Assembly: GCA_001795615.1 (NCBI GenBank)
Contig: MGKI01000008.1
Location: 1-53,519, forward strand
From: Candidatus Yanofskybacteria bacterium RIFCSPLOWO2_01_FULL_42_49
Lineage (GTDB): Bacteria; Patescibacteriota; Minisyncoccia; 2-02-FULL-40-12; GWA2-44-9
DNA length: 53,519 nucleotides
Direction of reading: 5' to 3'
In this document: positions 8,372 to 15,873 of the stretch, piece by piece
Layout of the letters: each line of letters begins with the position of its first letter
How positions within the stretch are numbered: the first letter of the stretch is position 1
Notes under the pieces: generated by a model
The model's database searches: none
Seen by the model: the letters and a program-made list of their open reading frames with translations, nothing else
What the model was told of the DNA's origin: nothing
Translations under genes and position numbers: made by a program

Positions 8372-10204
8372 GTGAAACCAAATAAAATCATCGCCGTATT
8401 TTTCTTAGCTGGAGTCAGTGTGTTGTCTTTTTTTACCGTTAAAGCATTGGCTGATATTTCCGATATCCAATACCCCGTCTCCCAGCTTGGAAATTGCACA
8501 AGTGAAACCGACTGCCGAAGCTATTGCGATAAACCCGAAAACATTACGGCTTGTTTGAATTTTGCCGAACAGAACAATTTGATGTCTAAAGAAGAGATCG
8601 AAATGGCTAAAAAGTTCTCGGCCGTTGGTAATAAAGGCCCCGGCGGATGCACGGGTAAGGATTCTTGTGAAACATATTGCAACGATATTTCTCATATCGA
8701 CGAGTGCGTTTCGTTTGCCGAACAAAACAACTTAATGCCGCCGGACAAATTACGCGAAGCTCAAAAGGTCCGCGATGCTATAAAGCGGGGTGCCAAACCT
8801 CCGGCTTGCGGCAGCAAAAAATCCTGTGACAGTTACTGTGAAGATCCAAGCCACATGGAAGAATGCATTACCTTTGCCTCTGAGGCCGGCCTGATGGAAG
8901 GCAAGGAGAAAGAAGACGCCCAAAAAATGCTATCAGCCATGAAAAAAGGAATTAAACCACCGCCTTGCCGAGGCAAACAGGCTTGCGATGAATATTGCCA
9001 ACAGCCGGACAACATGGAAACATGCATGAATTTTGCAATTGAAGCCGGATTTATGGGCGATAAAGAAAAAGAAGACGCCCAAAAAATGCTATCAGCGATC
9101 AAGAAAGGAGTAAGGCCGCCTAATTGCAGAGGGCGGGAGGAATGCGACAGTTATTGCCAAAGCGATGAACATTTTGAAGAATGCACTAATTTTGCGGAAG
9201 CGGCCGGTTTTATGAATGCCAGTGACGCGGAAATGGCGAGAAAAACAAAAGGCAAGGGCCCCGGCGGATGCAAGGGTAAAGAAGAGTGCGAATCATTTTG
9301 CAATAATCCGTCCAACCAGGAAACGTGTTTTAAGTTCGCTGAAGAGAATGGCATGATACCGGAAGAAGAACTCCAAAAAATGAAAGAGGGGATGAGCCGA
9401 ATGCGCGAAGATGTTGATAAAATTCCGAGTGAAGCAAAAGACTGTCTGAAATCTGCTCTGGGAGAAGAAACGGTTAATAAAATCCGGTCGGGAGAACTTA
9501 CGCCTGGACCTCAACTGGGAAATGCAATTCAAGATTGTTTCCGAAAAATGCCTCAGCAACCGGAAAATATGCGCCTGCCTGCCGGCAGGCAGGGCGGGCA
9601 AGGTGAACAAGAAGGAATGCCGCCACCGGAAGGAAGAGAGTTTCGCGGCGGTCCCGGAGGTTGTTCTACTCCCGAAGAATGTCAAGATTACTGCTCCCAA
9701 AATCCGGAAGCTTGTCAAAATTTTCAAGAACCTGAACATGGACAAAGACCGATGGGTCCACCCGGTCCGGATCAAAATTTCCAACCGCCGAGAGGGCCAA
9801 GAGAAGGGGAAGAACCGCACGAGCCGCCTTTATTTGAACGGCGGATGCCATCTGGTGAACAGATGCCTCCGAAATTTCAGCGGCCAGAACAAGAGATGTA
9901 TAGACCCGGCACTGAGGAAGGATCTTACCCTCCAAGTTATGATGGCCAGCGGCCACCACAAGAATTCAATCAGCCCATGATGCCCAACCAACCGCCGATT
10001 GGAAGTGGGGTAATTCCGCCACCTGAATTTGACCGTCAGGTACCCATGGAACAATTCCAGCCATCCGAACCCATGCCACAGATAGAACAGCAACCGCAAG
10101 GAGAGATAGCGCCACCACCTCCTCCACCGTCAGAGCCGGCGCCTCAATCTCTGTTAAACAACAAATACCTCGGGGCTATTTTCAGACTCCTTTCGGGTAA
10201 CTGA
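8372..10204 (+). CDS. Secreted cysteine-rich tandem-repeat protein with a Pro/Gln/Glu-rich tail
   Basis: 610 aa with a GTG start and a signal/TM segment. About 7 repeats of about 52 aa follow the pattern C-x6-C-x3-C-x9-C-x2-FAE(Q/A)N.LM. The C-terminal 200 aa are P/Q/E-rich. Confidence 0.75.
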   Translation: MKPNKIIAVFFLAGVSVLSFFTVKALADISDIQYPVSQLGNCTSETDCRSYCDKPENITACLNFAEQNNLMSKEEIEMAKKFSAVGNKGPGGCTGKDSCETYCNDISHIDECVSFAEQNNLMPPDKLREAQKVRDAIKRGAKPPACGSKKSCDSYCEDPSHMEECITFASEAGLMEGKEKEDAQKMLSAMKKGIKPPPCRGKQACDEYCQQPDNMETCMNFAIEAGFMGDKEKEDAQKMLSAIKKGVRPPNCRGREECDSYCQSDEHFEECTNFAEAAGFMNASDAEMARKTKGKGPGGCKGKEECESFCNNPSNQETCFKFAEENGMIPEEELQKMKEGMSRMREDVDKIPSEAKDCLKSALGEETVNKIRSGELTPGPQLGNAIQDCFRKMPQQPENMRLPAGRQGGQGEQEGMPPPEGREFRGGPGGCSTPEECQDYCSQNPEACQNFQEPEHGQRPMGPPGPDQNFQPPRGPREGEEPHEPPLFERRMPSGEQMPPKFQRPEQEMYRPGTEEGSYPPSYDGQRPPQEFNQPMMPNQPPIGSGVIPPPEFDRQVPMEQFQPSEPMPQIEQQPQGEIAPPPPPPSEPAPQSLLNNKYLGAIFRLLSGN

Positions 10205-10250
10205 TACTTAACGCAATAAGTCAGATTTGACCGCAGGAACAAAAATTACA

Positions 10251-10283
10251 AAAAACCGTCCGCTGGGTTAGGACGGTTTTTAA
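10251..10283 (+). terminator. Rho-independent terminator
   Basis: aaaaaccgtcc-gctgggtta-ggacggttttt followed by aatt. Confidence 0.8.
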
Positions 10284-10343
10284 TTTGCCGTCATAAAATA
10301 ATTGTGGCAAACTTCGAAAAAGTTCATTGACAGAGTAAAGGTC

Positions 10344-11093
10344 ATGAAGAAAGCCGTTCTGCCGATGTTTTTATTGTCGTTAGTTTCATTGCTGACTATG
10401 CCTGCGATAGGTCAGGATAAAGAACCCAGGATCATCAGCCGTTCCAGAGAATTATTTGAAAACACGAATTGCATAGCAACAAACACTTGCGACTTAAAAC
10501 AGATAAGATACCTGGCTGAGGATTACGAAATTATGGTTGATGGCGGTTATCATTATGGAACTCGACTGTTTGCTTGGTATATCACAGAAACCGTTGAAAA
10601 TTTAGAAAATTATGCCTTCGTGCAGTTTATTAAAGGCTGCCAATATCAATCTACAGATAACAACAATACGACATGGGTTGCTCGTGACTATTTTCTCGAA
10701 AGAATTTTGTTTAAACATAAAAATTGGGTAATTGATTCCATCGACTCCGACCCTGTTTATTACTCAACTCCGAACTCCAGACATTTTAATTACAAACAGG
10801 ATGAAGAGAAAACATACGGTGCAAATAAGCCAACGCTACCGGAATTGTACATAACTGACCGGCCGGGGACTGCTTTTTATATCAGCCCCACCGCCAAAAA
10901 CATATCTTTAGCCTTTAAGACTTGCCTCTACAGGACATCCGATGTGCCGATTAAAACTACTCCCGACAACATAAACTTTGCGGAACCAATCTCTTGTTTT
11001 TACTGGTCTAGTTCTTGGGTTTATAACCACGACAAAGACAAGTTTGAAAATCCTCCTCAAATATCACCGGTCTGTGATAAACCTGATGATTAA
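10344..11093 (+). CDS. Hypothetical secreted protein
   Basis: Start moved to MKKAVLPMFLLSLVSLLTMPAIGQ, a signal-peptide-like stretch. No family recognised. Confidence 0.6.
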   Translation: MKKAVLPMFLLSLVSLLTMPAIGQDKEPRIISRSRELFENTNCIATNTCDLKQIRYLAEDYEIMVDGGYHYGTRLFAWYITETVENLENYAFVQFIKGCQYQSTDNNNTTWVARDYFLERILFKHKNWVIDSIDSDPVYYSTPNSRHFNYKQDEEKTYGANKPTLPELYITDRPGTAFYISPTAKNISLAFKTCLYRTSDVPIKTTPDNINFAEPISCFYWSSSWVYNHDKDKFENPPQISPVCDKPDD

Positions 11094-11100
11094 TGAATAG

Positions 11101-11118
11101 CCCCGCATAAAAGCGGGG
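11101..11118. terminator. Hairpin between convergent genes
   Basis: ccccgc-ataaaa-gcgggg flanked by A/T runs. It lies between the stops at 11093 (+) and 11128 (-). Confidence 0.65.
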
Positions 11119-11127
11119 TTTGTAACA

Positions 11128-12180
11128 CTAAAATTCATGTTTCTTTCTGTTGCCGAAGCGAGTTAGCCAAGCATTTCGCCTCAACTGGCTTATCTGTTCA
11201 TCTGTAAAATTATATGCCCTACAGCATTTCCAAAAAACAGTATGGATGTCATCCATAAACAAATCGTCATCCGGGTGCAAAGAAACCTTAACTCCTCTTT
11301 CAAACAAGACATCCAGTTCCAGTTCACGGATATCTCTTATAAGCCCCGAATAAAGATAACTTCCAGGACAGCTTGAAACTCCGATATCATTGTCAACCAT
11401 ATATTTGCAAAGTTCAGAGTCTCGGGAAAGCAAGCGAAAATGACTGCCTCGGTTTATTTTTAGCATATGGACTGCCGTTCTCATGTTTTCCATAAGTTTC
11501 GCCGGGCTACTGGCCCATTCTCCGGCATGAGCATCTGTCATCACGCCTCGTTCATGCGCATAATTAAAAATCTCAATATGCATCTCCGGCGGATATGTTA
11601 ACTCATCGCACACCAAACCAATTCCCACCAACCGACTTCTGTCTCCGTCGGCCACGATATCAACTATCTTTTTAGCTCTTTCCACTCCACCCCATTCTAA
11701 GTGTTTGGGGTCTACAATCTCTCTGCCGATGGCAATCAGCACATTGGCCTCAATTTTTGGGTATTCTTTTTCTGCCGCTTCCACTCCTGCCAAAAGCGCG
11801 CTGACAGCTTCTTTTTCAGTTAACCTGGCTCTGGACTTATTGTCTCCCCGCGTATGGTACTGAGGTGCAAAAGTGCCTTCGCAGTACCGCATTTCTTGGC
11901 CAGCCCGAACCTTGACATATTGGTGACCGAAAAGAAAAAGGGTGTCAGGATTTTGTAAAACATCTGTAAGCAGTCTGAATTTAGTGACGATGTCTATTTG
12001 AGGATTCGCATACCATGCGGTTGTTCTGTGTTTTAAGTCGTCGAGATTTAGAATATCTTTGAAATGAGCCGGCATCTCAAAGCCGCTGAGTTTATAGTAG
12101 TCCTCAATCGCTTCTAAGTTTGTTATTGCGCCATCCATGTGATCATGGTGCAAACAATCAAGTCCGGATGGAATAGGCAC
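11128..12180 (-). CDS. add: Adenosine deaminase family metallo-hydrolase
   Basis: 350 aa. Contains LHHDHMDG (HxHxDG-type), DAHAGEW (HAGE) and SLHPDDDLF (TDDP-like). Confidence 0.8.
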   Translation of the reverse strand: MPIPSGLDCLHHDHMDGAITNLEAIEDYYKLSGFEMPAHFKDILNLDDLKHRTTAWYANPQIDIVTKFRLLTDVLQNPDTLFLFGHQYVKVRAGQEMRYCEGTFAPQYHTRGDNKSRARLTEKEAVSALLAGVEAAEKEYPKIEANVLIAIGREIVDPKHLEWGGVERAKKIVDIVADGDRSRLVGIGLVCDELTYPPEMHIEIFNYAHERGVMTDAHAGEWASSPAKLMENMRTAVHMLKINRGSHFRLLSRDSELCKYMVDNDIGVSSCPGSYLYSGLIRDIRELELDVLFERGVKVSLHPDDDLFMDDIHTVFWKCCRAYNFTDEQISQLRRNAWLTRFGNRKKHEF

Positions 12181-12232
12181 GGATATCCCTTTTTTAAAAA
12201 ACCGTTGAGTGGTATACTATCATAAACAAATT

Positions 12233-12385
12233 AAAATCTCTAATCTCGAAACCCTAATCTCTAAATAATATCAAAATTCAAAATTATGTCCCCTTGGGAC
12301 ATCTCCCGAAGGGAGAAAAATTTTAAAACTTTTGAGATTTGACATTTGAGTTTATTTAGAAATTAGAGATTAGAATTTAGAGATT
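12233..12385. repeat. AT-rich palindromic 'word' element, family I copy 1, with two GC mini-hairpins at its centre
   Basis: The left arm aaatctctaatctcgaaaccctaatctctaaa is complementary to the right arm tttagaaattagagattagaatttagagatt. The centre holds atgtccc-ctt-gggacat and ctccc-gaa-gggag. Its arms are almost identical to those of 33314-33435. Confidence 0.85.
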
Positions 12386-12395
12386 ATCGTATAAC

Positions 12396-12650
12396 ATGTT
12401 AATTGAATTTTACGGGAAAGAGTGCGGCCACTGCAAAAAAATGGATCCACTGATAGAGAAACTAGAGAACGAGCTGGGAATTAATGTCCAGCGAATGGAA
12501 ATATGGCATGACGAGAGTAATGAGAAAAAATGGGCGGATGAATCTAGGGGTATTTGTATGGGTGTGCCTTTCTTTGTAAACACCGATACGCAAAAAACCA
12601 TCTGCGGCGAGGCGTCGTACGAGGAACTCAAAGAATGGGCCAGGAAGTAG
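12396..12650 (+). CDS. Small thioredoxin-fold protein (CxxC)
   Basis: 84 aa. Has the CGHC active-site motif at residues 10-13 and a glutaredoxin/thioredoxin-like length. Confidence 0.8.
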   Translation: MLIEFYGKECGHCKKMDPLIEKLENELGINVQRMEIWHDESNEKKWADESRGICMGVPFFVNTDTQKTICGEASYEELKEWARK

Positions 12651-12733
12651 CTAACAACCAGAAAATTTGACATCGAGTGAATTTTATAATAAAATAACAC
12701 TAAATTGTTCCTGAATATCACAGGAAGGAAATC

Positions 12734-12925
12734 ATGAGGAGACTGATCGCTCCTTTTAAGTTTCTGATTTGGCTTGCCGCCGGATTTTTTTTGCTGAGAA
12801 ACACCGAACAAAAAGAGAATGAGCCAACCGTACATTCAAAACGCTCTAAAGCGCTGAAAAAGCAAGTCCGCAAAGTAAAAGAATTAAAAGAATTTCAAAG
12901 AAAATTCCGCCATGGCGAAGAATAA
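12734..12925 (+). CDS. Small membrane protein, hypothetical
   Basis: 63 aa. An aggaagga SD lies 5 nt before the ATG. One TM segment (FKFLIWLAAGFFLL) is followed by a basic tail. Confidence 0.5.
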   Translation: MRRLIAPFKFLIWLAAGFFLLRNTEQKENEPTVHSKRSKALKKQVRKVKELKEFQRKFRHGEE

Positions 12926-13006
12926 CTGGCAGGCGCGACTACAAGTAAATCATTAGAGGGGCTCCGGTCTCTTTTTTATTTGCTTTGAGTTTGGTATCTT
13001 AAATTA

Positions 13007-14863
13007 ATGACCCACTCGGAAATTAGAAAAAAATTCCTAAAATTTTTTGTGGAAAGAGGACACAAGATAGTGCCTTCGTCTTCGCTTGTGCCGGAGAATG
13101 ATCCGACTACGCTTTTTACCGGCTCGGGCATGCAGCCGATGATGCCGTATTTATTAGGCGAGAAACATCCTCTTGGAACACGCCTTGCTGATTCCCAAAA
13201 AAGCTTCCGCGCAGAAGACATTGAAGAAGTAGGTGATAACCGCCATACTACATTTTTTGAAATGCTCGGTAACTGGTCTTTTGGAGACCCCGACGCTTCG
13301 GATAAGGTCGGGGCAGGTTACTGGAAAAAAGAACAATTGTCTTGGATTTATGAATTTTTAACAAAAGAGGTTGGATTAGATCCGAGCCGATTATATGTAT
13401 CTGTGTTTTCGGGAGGATCAGGAATCAGCCGAGACGATGATTCCATTCAAATTTGGCAGGATATTTTTCAATCTGCCGGCATTTCTTATAAATATTCCCA
13501 ACTGGAAACATTAGAAAAAGCTGGCAACAAAGGTGTGGAAAAAGACGCAAGAATTTTTGGCTATGGAATAGATAAAAACTGGTGGAGCCGTGCCGGAAAA
13601 CCCGAAAATATGCCTGTCGGCGAGCCGGGCGGCCCAGATTCAGAAATCTTCTTTGATTTTCAAACCCCACACGATATAAAGTTTGGCAAAAAATGCCATC
13701 CCAACTGCGATTGCGGGAGATTTCTGGAAATCGGTAATTCTGTATTCATGGAATATAAGAAAAAATCCGACGGAGATTTTGAACCACTGCCTCAAAGAAA
13801 TGTAGACTTCGGCGGAGGACTGGAGAGAATTATCGCCGCATCCAACGATAATTCGGACATATTTAATATCGATGCACTTTATCCAATCATAATAAAAATA
13901 AGGGGGCTGGTACCCAAAGTAGACTCCAGGTCCGAAAGAATTATTGCCGATCACATGCGCGCGGCAACATTTTTAATTGCCGACGGGGTGACGCCTTCCA
14001 ATAAGGTCCAAGGATATTTCTTGAGAAGAGTAATCCGCAGAGCTTTAACTTATGTGAGGAAATCCGGCGTTGAGAATAATATCGCGGCAGAACTCGGAAA
14101 AACAGTCTCTAAAATTTACGAGAAAGAATATCCTGAACTGCAGAATCCCCAGATCGCGGATGTTTTAAATGCCGAAGAATCTAAATTTAGAAAAACCCTT
14201 AACAACGGACTAAAAATCCTGGAGTCAAAAACAGAGATCACGGGAAAAGAAGCTTTTGACTTATTCCAAACCTATGGTTTTCCTTTTGAACTGACTCAGG
14301 AGCTGGTTAGGGTGATGGAGCCGGAAGAGTTCAAAAAATACGCTCTCGAACATTCAGAATCTTCCACCACTGCCTCGGCCGGAATATTCAAAGGCGGACT
14401 TGCCGATCATTCTGAAAAAGTAATTCGTTTGCACACGGCAACTCATCTGATAAATGCCGCTTTGCGCAAGATTCTTGGGGATCAGGTTTGGCAGAAAGGT
14501 TCTAACATTACCGGCGAAAGAACCCGTTTTGACTTTACTCATCCTGAAAAACTTACAGACGAGCAGAAAAAAGAAGTAGAAGATATGGCCAACAAATGGG
14601 TAAAAAGAAATCTTGAGGTCAAAAAGGATATTATGCCGTTGGAAGAAGCCAGAAAGCTTGGAGCGATAGGAGTATTCGGTGAAAAATATCCCGACACAGT
14701 AAATATCTATTCCATCTTGGACCCTAAAACCGGAGAGGTTATCAGCCGAGAATTTTGCGGAGGACCCCATGTTTCTTATACCGGTAAAATCGGAAAAATT
14801 AAAATTACCAAGGAAGAAGCCGTCTCAGCCGGAGTTAGAAGAATCCGCGCAATCGTGGAATAA
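13007..14863 (+). CDS. alaS: Alanyl-tRNA synthetase, short form (no C-Ala domain)
   Basis: Contains FLKFFVERGHKIVPSSSLVP.NDPTLLFTGSGM, RHTTFFEMLGNWSFGD, the editing-domain HTATHLINAAL and CGGPHV. It ends right after AGVRRIRAIVE. Confidence 0.92.
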   Translation: MTHSEIRKKFLKFFVERGHKIVPSSSLVPENDPTTLFTGSGMQPMMPYLLGEKHPLGTRLADSQKSFRAEDIEEVGDNRHTTFFEMLGNWSFGDPDASDKVGAGYWKKEQLSWIYEFLTKEVGLDPSRLYVSVFSGGSGISRDDDSIQIWQDIFQSAGISYKYSQLETLEKAGNKGVEKDARIFGYGIDKNWWSRAGKPENMPVGEPGGPDSEIFFDFQTPHDIKFGKKCHPNCDCGRFLEIGNSVFMEYKKKSDGDFEPLPQRNVDFGGGLERIIAASNDNSDIFNIDALYPIIIKIRGLVPKVDSRSERIIADHMRAATFLIADGVTPSNKVQGYFLRRVIRRALTYVRKSGVENNIAAELGKTVSKIYEKEYPELQNPQIADVLNAEESKFRKTLNNGLKILESKTEITGKEAFDLFQTYGFPFELTQELVRVMEPEEFKKYALEHSESSTTASAGIFKGGLADHSEKVIRLHTATHLINAALRKILGDQVWQKGSNITGERTRFDFTHPEKLTDEQKKEVEDMANKWVKRNLEVKKDIMPLEEARKLGAIGVFGEKYPDTVNIYSILDPKTGEVISREFCGGPHVSYTGKIGKIKITKEEAVSAGVRRIRAIVE

Positions 14864-14887
14864 TTACTTGATATACCAAAACCAATC

Positions 14888-15859
14888 ATGGATAACTTCT
14901 GGCAAAAACTGGAGAGGCCCTTTTTTGTTTTAGCGCCGATGGCAGATGTGACGGATATGGCATTCCGCCAAATTATCGTCTCCTGCGGCAAACCGGATGT
15001 TTTATATACTGAATTCGTGTCATGCGATGGATTGTGCTCAGAAAAAGGCAAGCTTAAATTAATGCCGCATCTAAGATTCAAAGAAAACGAAAGGCCTATT
15101 GTGGCTCAGTTTTTTGGTTCAAAGCCGGAGAATTTCTACACATGCGCTCAACTGGCGGTGGAGCTTGGTTTTGACGGAATTGACATAAACATGGGTTGTC
15201 CCGACAAAAGCGTAGAGAAACAAGGTGCGGGAGCTATGTTAATAAACAATCCTAAACTTGCCCAAGAGATAATAAGGGAGACGAAAAAAGGCGGAGACAA
15301 GTTGCCAGTGTCTGTTAAAACTCGCCTCGGTTACAACAAAATAATCACAAAAGAGTGGGTATCTTATTTATTAGAATCTGAACCCGCCGCAATTATCATT
15401 CACGGCCGGACAAGAAAAGAAGTGTCATCCGTTCCCGCTCATTGGGATGAAATAGGGGTTGCTAAAGAAATAGCTAAAAATGCTAAAACATTGATAATTG
15501 GCAATGGCGATGTCGTGGATTTGAACGACGCAAAGAAAAAAGCCAGAGATTATAACTTAGACGGTATTATGGTTGGTAGGGGAATATTTACAAATCCATG
15601 GTTTTTTTCCGACGAAGGCGGACCCGTCTTTAGCGGAAGTGACTCTTTTAAGAAGACACCCGAGCAAAGAATAGAATTAATGCTTGAACATTTAGATAAT
15701 TTCGAAAAGTTGTGGGGTTCTAACGGAAAATTCGATACGATGAAAAAGTTTTTTAAGGTTTATATATCTGGATTTGACGGAGCTAAAGAATTAAGAACGA
15801 AACTGATGGTAGTTAAAAACAAACAAGAAGTTGTGGATATATTGGCAAAGACGATGTGA
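14888..15859 (+). CDS. tRNA-dihydrouridine synthase
   Basis: LAPMADVTDMAFRQI, DINMGCP and the TIM-barrel Dus pattern (HGRT). Confidence 0.88.
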   Translation: MDNFWQKLERPFFVLAPMADVTDMAFRQIIVSCGKPDVLYTEFVSCDGLCSEKGKLKLMPHLRFKENERPIVAQFFGSKPENFYTCAQLAVELGFDGIDINMGCPDKSVEKQGAGAMLINNPKLAQEIIRETKKGGDKLPVSVKTRLGYNKIITKEWVSYLLESEPAAIIIHGRTRKEVSSVPAHWDEIGVAKEIAKNAKTLIIGNGDVVDLNDAKKKARDYNLDGIMVGRGIFTNPWFFSDEGGPVFSGSDSFKKTPEQRIELMLEHLDNFEKLWGSNGKFDTMKKFFKVYISGFDGAKELRTKLMVVKNKQEVVDILAKTM

Positions 15860-15873
15860 TACACTAAGGGTAA

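Noticed and set aside
8405-10099. Several 67-175-aa ORFs antisense to, or out of frame with, the Cys-rich protein gene
   Set aside because: They lie entirely within a long, clearly coding repeat gene. Their products are low-complexity, which is typical of shadow ORFs.
12926-13006. T-box leaders upstream of alaS and gltX
   Set aside because: The alaS upstream region is too short (80 nt). Neither leader contains the conserved T-box sequence or a recognisable specifier loop.
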